Source: Octopus sinensis
Lineage: Eukaryota
Length of the DNA: 64,000 nt
Direction: 5' to 3'
NCBI RefSeq assembly: GCF_006345805.1
Contig: NC_043003.1
Span: 78,058,001-78,122,000 of the forward strand
The position numbers and the translations under genes were made by a program. This document shows positions 51,591 through 63,629 of the stretch, one piece after another (the stretch's first letter is position 1; each line of letters begins with the position of its first letter). The notes below the pieces were generated by a model. It did no database searches, had not been told where the DNA came from, and saw only the letters and a program-made list of their open reading frames with translations.

Positions 51591-52829
51591 AATTTATTTG
51601 TCATTTTGTAACTCAAAGATGACCTTTTGCAGTTGAATTTTTAAAAATCTATTTTGCTCACATTTTTTTTGTTGTTGTTTACCCAGTCAAGAATTCTCAG
51701 TTCAAAATCTCATTAATTCTTGTCTCAGAGATCCTTCAAGTATTATCGATGTACACAGTTGGTCCTCAGATTATTATCTGTAAATTGTGATGGAAATTGA
51801 TAGAGCTAGCTCCCTTTTACCAAAGTCTTCATTAGTTAGTTCCTTTGTTTCTTCCAAACTAGCATAGTTTAAATATGGCGAGTTATTTGAAGCAGGGTTT
51901 TAAAGCCAGATGCTCTTCTTGCTGCTAATGCTTACCTGCTTTTTCAAGTAAAGAGTTGTTTTTTTTCTTTTATCCCAGAAGTCTTTAAAAGCACAGAGCA
52001 GCTGGTCATAATGTCCACACAGAATATCAACATCACTACTTTCTTGCTAAAGTAGTGACAAGTGTAGAATCTCTACATTTACGCATGCACTCGCTCGCTT
52101 GGTTTCCGTCTAACAGATTAACTAAGAAGTTGGTGAAGCTGGTTCAATGGTAAAAAGCACAAATTCCAGAGGTCACTCGATGGGACTGGACATCAAATAA
52201 TATGACTTCAAAGTGAACAATTTTATTTGTTAACTGCATTCTAAGCATATTTTAGATTAAAGCTGTTCCCTTGTAGTTGGAAATTCAGCCTCCATCTTTT
52301 GAAGCTGCAATATTATTTTATATATACTTTTCGAAAAAAATTATTCTTCAGACTTTTCATAGCTTCACTAGTTATTTTCTCAGAAAGGACACAAGTTATT
52401 AGTGATCTGCAGGTAGACAAATATTTACATATTGCAAGAAATAATTTATTTTGTTGGATTGTTTTACTGGAGCCATAATCACCATTTTCCAGCTTGTTCA
52501 TATGGTAAGAAATATCTAAAATTTAAAAGGAAAATTCTGGATAATCAATATTGAAACCAAATATTTTATTTAAAAATTCATGTAAAAATGTAGATTTGTA
52601 AATTTCATACATATGAAATTTAACTTAAATAGCCTGCAGCAATGATATATGAAAGTTTTGATGGAAGAATAAATTTTGTTTTTATGGTTTTTATGAGACA
52701 TTGTTTTGAATGAATGTTAACATAGAAATAATTAAAAATGAAAATGTATTTGAAAACTGTCATAACAAGAAAGGAACTGAAACTATGTAATGGACAGTAC
52801 ATTTACTTTATTTAATGTATTGTCAGCTT

Positions 52830-53215
52830 GAACCAGCAGATCTAGACCAAAGGGACGGTATTTCCATTCCATGGTGGTTGGCACCTCATTTAGGATGCCT
52901 CATGCTGTGATACCTACTCCAGCAACAACTTGATGTGCTTGGCTTGTTCTGTTACCAGCCTAGGCTCTGCTGCTCACCAGGTGGAGGGGCATACTGTCTA
53001 AGTATCGGTCACACTCTGACAGGTTTATGGTTGAGCCTGTGGCAGTGGAGATCTCTTGTGTTCTCAGCTCCTGGACCATCTCCATGCTTACTGTTATCGG
53101 GGCTGAGATGGCTCTCCACGAGTGTGAGTCCCGTGAATCAGAGTTGTTATTCCAGTGCATCTCCCTCGCCATCCTCTGGGGCAACATCTTTTCCATTTTG
53201 TCTGCTGGGACCATG
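52830..53215 (+). mobile_element. CRE-clade non-LTR retrotransposon relic (restriction-like endonuclease C-terminus)
   Basis: Across frameshifts: EPADLDQRDGISIPW / LI*DASCCDTY / SKYRSHSDRFMVEPVAVE...RESELLFQCISLAILWGNIFSIL, matching EP.GL...DG...PW, L.WD.T..DT, F.P.AVET and FLFQR.S.A.QRGN...IL. Confidence 0.7.
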
Positions 53216-53594
53216 AAGCTGTCTGAATTGCAAGAAATTGTACATACCACTACTCAATATAAAGTTACTCCAGCTAGCACTATCATACAACTTTAATCAT
53301 ACTCTTTTCTTTCTTTTTCCATGTATCCCTGTTGTATGTATAAATTATACAGGGAAACATTGTACTTTCTTATTGAACCTGTTGTAATAAACAATTACTG
53401 TGAAACAAAATCCTATTCAACTCAAAAGGTCAACTTCAGTGTTTGAGTGCACAGGTTTACGCATGACCACTTTTATTACATTTGTGGTGATCAGCTTTCA
53501 ACCAAAGGTATATACTGTATGGTATCTGTGTCAGAAGTGACAGCGATTGCATAATATGATCCAGTTGATTCCCACAGCACCGTAATATCGTTTT

Positions 53595-53890
53595 GAAGAT
53601 GTGTGGCTTAGTGGGTCGGTTATTCTGCTCACAGTCATATGGCTGGGAGTTTGATTCTTGATGGTACGTTGTGTCCTGAAGCAAGACACTTCATTTCATG
53701 TTGCCCCAGCCTGCTCATCTGGACAAGAGTTGTATCCATAATTCAAAGGGCCAGCCTTGTTACATTCTGTGTCACACTGAATCTCCCTCAGAACAACATC
53801 AAAGGTATGCATGTCTGTTGAGTGGTCAGCCATTTGCACATTAATTCCATGAGCAGGCAGCTCTGTTGACTAGTTCAACTTGAGCCCTTA
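53595..53890 (+). mobile_element. SINE family C, diverged copy
   Basis: GTGGCTTAGTGG head; GCAAGACACTTCATTTCATGTTGC and CAAAGGGCCAGCCTTGT shared with 49014-49327. Confidence 0.8.
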
Positions 53891-53940
53891 TTGTAATATC
53901 ATTTTCCTCACTGTCACTTTTATGTCTCATAATGCCCCCT

Positions 53941-54173
53941 TTCTTGTTTCTTTACTGCCCACAAGGGGCTACAGACAGAGGGGACAAACAAGGACAGACA
54001 ACCAGATTAAGTCGATTATATCGACCCCAGTGCGTAACTGGTACTTATTTAATCGACTCTGAAAGGATGAAAGGCAAAGTCGACCTCCGCGGAATTTGAA
54101 CTCAGAACGTAGCGGCAGATGAAATACCGCTAAGTATTTCACCCGGCATACTAATGATTTTGCCCTCCACCTT
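53941..54173 (-). mobile_element. SINE family B, full length, tail type 1
   Basis: Reverse complement of 48528-48760 over its whole length (roughly 85% by eye). Confidence 0.9.
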
Positions 54174-55624
54174 TCTGGAGAGTAGTGTCAACCCATTTTA
54201 GAATCTGATCTAAATCAATATGAATTCTCTATCTTCGTGGGACAGTGGAACAGAGAAATTACTGTTTTTTGGGTTTTTTGTTTTCTAGGAAAATCTAAAC
54301 AACTTGATAATTAGTTATTTAACTCTATTTGCTACACTGCTATTTAGTCCCATCCCTATATTGGTATTTTTTCATCCCCCTCCCCAATTTTTCCCTTATT
54401 GCTTAGTCAGAATAGGAAGTGCAGTACCCATGACCTTTGCAAGGCCTCTGAGACTTAGGAGTTGTTGGGTGAGGAGTAGAAGAGCTGAAGGAGGAAGGAC
54501 ATCAAGATATTAAGTTATCCTCAGATCAGAGACATCCATGGAGTTCTTTTTTCCAACTGAATGAGCTTTGATAAAGACACCCAAGGACCAAGTGGTGATA
54601 TGAAACTGGATGACAGATAAATTTTAAACTTAACAGTTGACCTGTTAGAAATAACAGCCAAGTATCCATCAATTCACAAACAGCCATCTTAAAACAGGAA
54701 GCCCACACAAAATAATCAGTCCCAGAAATGCTGATTAAATGATAGGATGGTCGCAGCTGATATTCTTTGAGTTGACTTGCTATGTGCTACTCTGAAGGCT
54801 AAAAAAATATCTAGTTTTATTACTATCATTTTTTGTTTTCAGTTAGTTAAACTAATATTTTTAGGTTCCTTGTAAATTTACACCAAGGCAAGTTCCATGG
54901 TGAAAGGGCTGTATGATTGTGTTTTGTCTTTAAGTTAGTAGTCTCAGTACATCAACTTATCAGTTATGACTTTGTAGATAAATAACTGAATTGTCTTTGT
55001 ACAAAATTATTATAAGTCTACAATTAAAACAAAAGGAAATGTCTCCACATTTTTTTGTACTAATCTTTCAAAAACATTTACAATTTAGTTTCTATTTAAG
55101 CTGTGTATGTTTATTTTGAGTTTTCTTTGCTGGATTTCTTTGTCACTCTTTCCCTTTTCTTCAGTATCAGTCATATATAGTTTGTCTTATGCACTATTAT
55201 TATTGTTGCTTACTTTTTTTTTCTTCTTACATTGTTAGCTTGTATTCTAATCAGTCATCCTGAGATACTAGTCACTAGAACTAACCTATTTCCTCTTAAA
55301 CATATAAGTCCTTGTTATAAACAACAATTTTCTGCAGTCTTTCTACATTCTTATTCAGTCAGATTGCTCAGAGTTTTATCCTAAATAAAATAGTATATTT
55401 GGCTTTTCTCTTGTAAATAACAAAAAATCTAAATATTCTGTTCTGCAGTTTGTGTATATAGCTAAATATTTTTAATGACAGACGAATGCCTGTTTATTAC
55501 TGGCAAGGAAAAGATAGTCTGGTTAATTTGTATGGAGTACATGCCCTACTTAATTTGTTTCTAATTTTGACAACTATTTCATCTTGAAATATGGTCTACT
55601 TCAGTTTTGTGACCAGTTACCATT

Positions 55625-55793
55625 TAAAAGTGCTATCAGTCTTTGCAACTAGTCACTCTATAAAAATGATAGCAATCTATGTAAGCATATAACTAGTCAT
55701 CATATAAAAGTGATATCAGTCTTTGCAACTAGTCTCCATATAAAAATTGATAGCAATCTGTTAGCTTATGACTAGTCACCATATAAAAGTGAT
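55625..55793. repeat. Dimeric (A-B) minisatellite, ~80-bp period
   Basis: A units 55625-55660 and 55705-55740 (36 nt), B units 55661-55704 and 55741-55783 (44 and 43 nt), partial A; each monomer carries ACTAGT then TAAAA. Confidence 0.85.
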
Positions 55794-56578
55794 GTCATAA
55801 TCATCTTCATCATTGTTTAACGTCTGTTTTCCATGCTGGAATGGGTTGGACGGCTTGACTGGAGACGGGTAAGCCAGAAGACTGCACCAGGCTCCAATCT
55901 GATCTGGCAATGTTTCTACAGCTGGATGCCCTTCCTAATGCCAACCACTCTGATGATGCTCTTTACGTTCCACCGGCACAGGAACCAGTCGGTGGTGGGG
56001 TTTCTGGCATCGACCAAGTTTGGTTGGTGCTTTGTACATGCCACCGGCAAGGAAAGCCAGTCTGGCAGCGACCCACACATGAATGAATGGTGATTATTGC
56101 TTGCTACCAGCACTGGTAACAGCCACAATTACAATTTTCATTTGATTTCAATTTGATTTACTTGACTCAATAGGTCTCTTCAAGCATGGAACGTTGCCTG
56201 ATAATTCAAAGGTACTTTTAAAATGGGCTGGTTATGTGACACTGGTGTAGGCTACGGCTGTGATCTCACTTTCCTTGCTGGGTCTTTTCGATCACAGCAT
56301 ATCTCCAGAGGTCTGTTTTCATCATTGCCTCTGTGAGGCCCGATGTTCGAAGGTCATGCTTCACCACCTCATCCCATGTCTTCCTGGGTCTCCTCTTCCA
56401 CAGGTTATTTCCACTGTTAGGGAGTGACACTTCTGCACACAGCTTTCCTCATCCATATGTAGCACATGACCATACCAGCGCAGTTGTCTCTTGCACACCA
56501 CATCTGATGCTTCTTATGTCCATTTCTCTCAGGACGCTCACACTCTGTCGTGTGTGCACACTGACATTATATGTCTAG
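55794..56578 (-). mobile_element. RTE LINE 3' end
   Basis: Minus strand RQLRWYGHVLHMDEESCVQKCHSL...RPRKTWDEVVKHDLRTSGLTEAM...DLWRYAV; (CAT)n tail at 55794. Confidence 0.85.
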
Positions 56579-57644
56579 ATTATTATTCAGCATCTTTGTT
56601 TTCTAGATGTTTGCATAAAAACACTTGCTCTATTCTTCAGAACTTCACAGATGGTATTAACAATTCTTAAGGTCTATAAATTTACTCTGTTCTTGTTTTC
56701 TCAACTCATACCACTTAACCTTGGGGTTTAGGTCAAGTAGTTATTTTGCACCAGTTGTTTGGTTTTGTGGGAAAAGAGAACTAGTTAATTTTGATAGAAA
56801 ACCATATTATATATCATTTTTAGTAAAAGGAAATACTCTTAAAATAGTATGTAAAGTTCTTGTATACCAACATATTTTTAGAATTGAATTCTTAGAGAAA
56901 TGCTAGAAATACAACTGAGATATGTCAGAAGCTATAGGTTTATAAATATTATGAATATACTCTAAAGAAGAGATTATTGGATTGGAAAATTTATAATCTA
57001 AACAACTATTTTTAGACATACATTTAAGACTGCATAATTTTGTAATATATAAATACACTTCAGTATAGCATTTTCTCCCCAAACTGTGTTTAGATGCAAA
57101 GCATAACTGCGTAGTTAAGTAGCTTGATTTCTAGCCACAAGCTTTTGGGTTCAGTCTTATGCATGGCCCCGGGCAGACCAAATAGTTGTGAATAGATTTG
57201 GTTGATGGAAACTGCAAGAAACCTAGCACATGTGTGTTTTAGCATTTTGTTATATTGGCATCATGGGACAGTTGCAAACAAGCATGCCATGATACAAGTG
57301 GTGTCCTTTAAATCTAGTCTTCTGTGAAAACATGTCTGGCCATGGGGAAATATTACCTTACTTGGAAACAGTGAGGGTTGGGAACAGGAAGGGTGCCTGG
57401 TTGTAGAAAATCTACCGGAATAAATTCCATCTCAACAATATGCTGATAATTGTCCTCAAATAACCATTGTATCTTGTGTGTGTGTATTTTGAACATTGAT
57501 TTTATACTAAAAAGAAAAGCATGCCCTCTGGTGGTAGGGTTTGAATCCTCTATCTATTGCTTGCTGTAAGACTGTGTTACAGATTATATTACTGTGGTAC
57601 CATTCCATCATTGGAACATAACCCAGTGGATGGATGTTTTATAT

Positions 57645-57805
57645 AGGCACAAGCATGGCTGTGTGGTTAGGAAGCTTGCTTTGCAACCCCATTGTTTTGG
57701 GTTCAGTTCCATTGCGTAGCACGTTGGGCAAGTGTCTTCTACTATAGCTCCGAGCTGACTAAAACCTGAGTTGATTTTATAGACAGAAACTGAAAGAAGC
57801 CAGTC
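57645..57805 (+). mobile_element. SINE family A, 5' half
   Basis: AGGCACAAGCATGGCTGTGTGG...GGGCAAGTGTCTTCTACTATAGC...GAAACTGAAAGAAGCC. Confidence 0.8.
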
Positions 57806-58379
57806 ACACACTCGCATGCGTGTTCTCTTTCTTTGACATTGCACATTAATTGTAAACAAACATCACCTTCACACAAGTGATGTCATCCATTTGCAATGAT
57901 TATTTTCTTTGAAACCAATTTTGGCTCTTGTCTATTCATATTCATCCTTTATAATAATGACACATAACAAATTATAAAGCCACACATTTATATAGGGTAT
58001 TACGACTGAGGGTTAAGTCAATTACCGGCTTCCTGTTTCCCAATACACAACTGATATTTGATACCAGAACAATAGAAGTCAGTTAGACCTGACAAGTTTA
58101 TCTCATTATGTCAAAATGTATAAAAATATATTTTTTTATCATTAGTACAAAACTGCGGATTTTGAGGAGAATGACATAAAATACTAGTATTTTATCAATT
58201 CCCTTAGTATGAAAAGCAGAGATAACACCCAGCAGGAGCTGAGCTCTAAACTAAAGGAAGGCAACTAAGTACAACAAGTATTTTGTTTGCCTGTCATCTT
58301 AATTCATTCATTAGGATCCTATATGGAAGCAAATAGTCATATTTACTTTGTCACTGCAGTGTAGGATTTTCTTTTTCTT

Positions 58380-58800
58380 GCTCTGGAAGGAGGAGGACTG
58401 TAGGCCATTTGAAATTGGTGAGGTTGATGCCATTAAAGTTTCTGTTGAGCCATTGCTAATCAACACCTACAGAAAAGACATGAGCAAGAAAAGAGTTCAA
58501 GAAGACTGAAGGCAGAAATGTGTGTAGTGATTAGTGTGGAACCTGAGGGAATTGGACACAACAAAAGTAGATAGAAGGAAGATAAGCAGGTTGTGCATAC
58601 TTGAGTGGCGTGAGCCTAATCAGCTATGAGGAGCAGATACCATTATAGTAGTGGTAGAAAACACAGTGAGTTGAGATCGTGTATCTGTCGGTCCTATGCT
58701 GGAGCATGTTGTGAAGTACTGTATAATCAGTCAGGTTTAGAATGTACGTGTTTGCAGCAGTACCATCTCAAATGTGAGAGCAAAACTACAACTTGGACTA
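58380..58800 (-). mobile_element. CR1/Jockey-group LINE C-terminal relic
   Basis: Minus strand ...CTACCACTACTATAATGGTATCTGCTCCTCATAGCTG (FYHYYNGICSS*L) resembles LSLFYRY..G.CSSEL. Confidence 0.5.
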
Positions 58801-60674
58801 CATTTCTACTTAATAATGTATTTCATGTGGTTATAGAATGTAGTTTTGTTTAGGTGTGACTTGTGTAGTTGTAGACTATAATTCTATTTAAATGTACAAG
58901 CACCTTCAGTCTCTGAGGATGTCTAATAGGTATAGGCTACCTATTAAAGTAACTGTCGTGTCTTCACTTTTAAATATCTCAATCAGAGGAGGGAGGACAG
59001 CACCCATGATATTTTTGGAGCCTTCAACAAGGTTAATGGGTGGAAGGGAGAAAGTTATCTTGAGTATGGAGACTTGGGATGAATCCTTGCAAGAGAGTGC
59101 TTTCTGCTAAATACCCCGAAGGCTAGTGTTGATAAGATTACAAATGGTACCTCTGAACTTCCACACAGTTTCTGTCTTGCAAATCTCTCATAATTCTTAG
59201 GCTGTTCCAAGTCTGTAATGAAGACATTTACCTGATGTGCCACTCTGTGGAGTCAACCTGAAACCATGTAGCCATGATGTGAGCTTGTTAACTATATAAC
59301 TATGATTGCTTTAATGTCTGTGGGCTTTGTGTGATGTCGGGATTCATTGCATACATGCATGCGTATGGTGTGCAAGCAATTGTATGCATGTGGTTTGTCT
59401 GCAAGCACATGCTCTTTGTGTGCAAGTATGTCTGTAAGTGCTCTTTTGCATGCAAGCACGTGTGAGTGAGTGTACTGTGCTTGTCATTGCGCATATCTCC
59501 TATATGATTGAAGAGTTCTCTCATTTTAATCAAAATTGAATCAGTTTTAAGAGCAGAGGAATTAATTGAAAGTTTCACTATTAATCCTCTTAAATGTAAT
59601 TAGTTAAATGAATATTTAAGAGTCGTTATGACTAGTTTAATAAGTGACATATATCTATCAGTTTATGAAGTAACCAGCTTAGGTTAAGTTTGAATTTCTA
59701 ACCTTTTAAAATACTGAACATAATGGCATTAATTTGTCATGTCATTGCATAGATTTATATCTATCCTAATTACAGTTGATTAATTTCTCACTTTGTTTTA
59801 ATAAAGTATATGGAAGCTGGCATTGCTGTGTGCTGAAAAAATTCACTTTGTAATTATGTGGAACTGGGTTTGACGCCACTTTGTGGCACCTTGAAAAAGT
59901 GTTTTTTTATCATAGCCTCAATTTAGCCAAAGTATTGTGATTTTAAATGTATGATTGATAGAAACTGTATGAAAGGTGGATATCTGTGTGATTAGTGCAG
60001 GGTGATGGTGGTGGCAGAATCAATGTGAATAAAAATCCAGTGGTATTTTGTCAGGTTGTATCCATATATGTCTGGTTGACTTTGCTTTCAGCCATGTTTC
60101 TCCTCTAATGTAAGATGCCCTTTTTTTCCTTCTCTCTCAATATTTCTTCCCCAACCAGTTGAGAGGTTCTTGTTCTGTAAGTTATTTGGTGACCTCATTA
60201 CTGCTGCTGGTGCTTTATAAAAAGTGGTTGGCATTAGGAATGGCACCCATTTGTAGAAACCATGCCAAAGCAGACAATAGAGCTTGGTGCAGTCTTCTGA
60301 TTTGCCAGCTCCTTTCAAACTGTCCAACCCATGCAAATGGAAAATAGATGTTAAATGATGATGGCTGGTGTTGATAATCAACTGAAACTTTGGAGTGCCC
60401 CAGTATGGCCACAGTCCAAGTTATCATGCACACATGCACAATAATTTACGAGTAGTAGTGTGAGGGAGTTAGAAAGTATTATGTAATCAAATAACTATAT
60501 ATAAATTTTATATTGTGTTAACATGCCATAAATTTCATGCTATAAAGATTGTTGTTTTTTTGTTGTTTTTTTTGCTAACCTTTTGTTGATAAAGTAGCTG
60601 ATGAATATTTCTTTGGAACTAAACTTGAAGTAATGGGACAGCAGTTATCTATGACAATAATAATAATAATAATA

Positions 60675-60896
60675 ATGGTTTCTAATTTTGGCACAAGGCC
60701 AGAAATTTCAAGGGGGTGCGTAAATCAATTACATCAACTCCAATGTTCAACTGGTGCTTATTTTATTGACCCCAAAAGGGTAAAAAGCAAAGACGACCTT
60801 GTTGGAATTGGAATTTGAACTTGAAACGTAATATAGGTAAAATGTCACTAAGCATTTCATTTGGCATGCTAACAATTTTGCCAGCTTGCCACCTTA
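60675..60896 (-). mobile_element. SINE family B, tail type 2
   Basis: TTTCTAATTTTGGCACAAGGCCAG tail, ...TTTTGCCAGCTTGCCACCTTA head; flanked by (TAA)n. Confidence 0.8.
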
Positions 60897-60912
60897 AATT
60901 ATAGTAATAATA

Positions 60913-61122
60913 ATCCTTTCTACTTAAGGCACACGGCCTGAAATTTTGGGGGAAGGGGATTAATCAATTACATCAATCTCAGTGTTTCTTAATTTATTGA
61001 CCCCAAAAGGATAAAATGCAAAGTTGACCATGCCAGAATTTGAACTCAGAATGTAAGGATAGATGAAATGCCACTAAGCATTTTGCCAGGCATGCTTATG
61101 ATTCTGCCAGCTGACTGCCTTA
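60913..61122 (-). mobile_element. SINE family B, tail type 2, tandem second copy
   Basis: AAGGCACACGGCCTGAAATTTTGGGG tail, AGAATTTGAACTCAGAATG, ...CTGCCAGCTGACTGCCTTA head; separated from the first copy by a short (TAA)n. Confidence 0.8.
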
Positions 61123-61989
61123 ATAACAGTAATAATAATAATAATAATAATATGTATTTCCCTGTACGTATGCATTCATGTTTATGTATATAGGTGCAGG
61201 CATGGCTAAAGGTCCAAGCATATTTGTATTAAGAAGTGTGCTCTGCAAACATCTACTTTTGGATTCAGTCTCATGGCATGACACATTGAGCCAGGGTCTT
61301 CTTCTAAAATCCCTGATTGGCAAAAGCCTTGTAAGTAAAATTGGTTGACGGATTGAAAGAAGCCCTTTGTGTGTGGGTATGTGCATCTCCGCATGTATTT
61401 GTGTTTTTCCAAAACTTGCTGAGTTATAAGTGGGGGCATTATTGCCATTTCCTTTGTCAACAAAGCGCTTACTGGCTTTGCACCTTCAAAGATGTGCAGA
61501 ATAAAAGAATTCTTTACCTGAAAAACAGATATGGGTTAGGACAGAAATGGCAGCTGGTTGAAAAATAATATCTCTCATATTCATCTAATCCTTGCTAGAA
61601 TGGGAAAAAGAAACCTATAAACAAATGAGTTATAGGGACCAATTAGCAATCATTACAGCATTGGGTAGAATGTTTTGTATTTGTTCTGGTTCTCTAAGCT
61701 CAGAGCCCAAATGCTGCTGTGTTCAATTTTGACATTTGTCCTTTTGGATTCAATAAAATACCACTTAAATATTAAAATTGATTCCTCTTTGTCACCTTGT
61801 CTGTCTGTCTCAGACATACACTTTCTCTCTGAACAAAGAAATAGCTGTTTCCAAACCTAGAGAGGAATGGGTTCTACCAAGTCCTAAATTCCTGGGATAT
61901 TACTGTATATCACAATGGTGCCCCTGTGATCCCATCAAGAATTGAGATTCCTCCCACACCATAACCACATGTGTGTATGGTGGGGAGTA

Positions 61990-63281
61990 CGAGGGGCGTT
62001 CAATAAGTAATGCCCCTGACCCACTTCCCATAGCAGTAGAGCAACGGAACTTGGCACAGTTATTGGTCTTTTTCTACATAGGAACCACCCAATGTTACGC
62101 ATTTCTCCCATCGTTTGATCCAGCTCTGGAGACCGTTTTTGTAAAAGACCCCAGCTTGGTCCTCCATCCACGACGTGACTTTAGAAATCAAGGCTGCATC
62201 ATCTGGGAAATGCTTTCCTTTCAAAAACAACTTCATGGCTGGGAAGAAGTGAAAATCAGAGGGTGCAAGGTCAGGAGAGTAGGGGGGTGGGGGAGGAGTT
62301 CATAGCCGCACGCCTGTGCTTCTGATCTGGCGACACACGAGTTGTGGACCGGAGCGTTGTCCTGCAGGAGGAGGATGCCATCGCTGATCTTACCCCGCCT
62401 CTTGATTTTGATAGCTTCTCTTAATTTCCTCAAAAGTGAAGCATAATAGGCTCCTGTAATTGTGGTACCCTTTGCCAGGAAATCTGTCATCACTACTCCG
62501 TCCTGGTCCCAGAAGACTGTGAGCATGACCTTGCCAGCAGAGGGCTGCACCCTTGCCTTCTTTGGAGGAGGTGAGTCACGGTGCTTCCACTGCATTGACT
62601 GGGCTTTGGTCTCTGGATCATAGTGATGGACCCAGGTTTCATCCTGTGTAATCAGTCTTTTGAAAAAGTTTGACTCATTTTCTTGGTATGTCTCCAAATT
62701 CATCCTCGAGAACTCGACGCGTTCTTGCTTCTGGAAAGGTGTGAGCAACCTGGGAATCCATCTGGCAGACACCTTTTGCATATGCAAATGGTCATGAATG
62801 ATAGTTTCCACTGACCCGGTTCTAATCTTGACCTCATGGGTTATTTGGCGAATAGTTATGCGTCGATCTTCCAAAATGGCAGCCTCAACTTGACGGACAG
62901 ATGCCTCATCAATGGCAGAAGGGGGTCGACCAGATCTGGGAGCTGTTTCCACAGAGTTATGACCATGTTTGAATTCACGATGCCAGCGTTTTACAAGGTC
63001 ATATGATGGGGCATCATCACCATAAGTTACTTTCATTTCATCAAAAGTCTCCCATGGTGTGCGTCCTTTCAAATACAAAAACCGGATCACTGCTTGACAC
63101 TCAACAGGCTCCATTTCACACTTGACTCAGTTCAAACACCTGTAAATCAGAAACCATAATTAGTTCAGAGCTGTAATTTGACACCTAATCTATAGAGATA
63201 TAAGTAATTGCACATGCAAAATTTCAACTAGATCAAACACCTGGAAGTGGGTCAGAGGCATTACTTATTGAACGTCCCTCG
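61990..63281 (-). mobile_element. Full-length mariner transposon (1292 bp)
   Basis: TA TSD (61988-61989, 63282-63283); 39-bp TIRs CGAGGG(G/A)CGTTCAATAAGTAATGCC(C/T)CTGACCCACTTCC with 2 mismatches; transposase on the minus strand. Confidence 0.97.
62060..63114 (-). pseudogene. Mariner DD34D transposase with a single 1-bp frameshift
   Basis: ORF 63114-62233 has HTH, WIPRLL, TQDETW and QDNAPVH. One C is missing in the HPP C-run (~62282-62287); restoring it gives YSPDLAPSDFHFF...RWEKCVTLGGSYVEKDQ* ending at 62060, 351 aa, D-D spacing 34. Confidence 0.93.
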
Positions 63282-63446
63282 TATATATGTATGTATATAT
63301 ATTTGTGTGTGTGTGTGTATATATGTGTGTGTGTGTCTGTAATGAAATTAAACAATTCAATGTGCTGATGTCTTAATTTTAAAGCTGTTCTTTTAAAGTT
63401 TGTGGTTTTCCAAAAAATATTTATAAACAAAAAAAATTTTTTTCAG

Positions 63447-63629
63447 ACTGGTTCTGGCAAGACATATACAATGGGGAGTGGATTTGATGTGGATGTTCCA
63501 ACAGAAGACATTGGCATAATACCTCGAGCTATTGGACATCTATTTAGTGGCATTGACAAACGCAAGAAAGAAGCTATGGAGAATAAGGAACCTCCACCTA
63601 CATTTAAAGTTTCTGTTCAGTTCATGGAG
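63447..63629 (+). CDS. KIF21: KIF21-like coding exon with P-loop (probable exon 4)
   Basis: TGSGKTYTMGSGFDVDVPTEDIGIIPRAIGHLFSGIDKRKKEAMENKEPPPTFKVSVQFME; completes GQTGSGKT Walker A with the previous exon. TTTTTTTCAG acceptor, GAG|GTAAGG donor; 183 nt, phase 0/0. Gene continues beyond the window. Confidence 0.96.

Noticed and set aside
55625-55793. CRISPR-like repeat/spacer appearance
   Set aside because: Spacers are duplicated, the context is a eukaryotic intron, and there are no cas genes.
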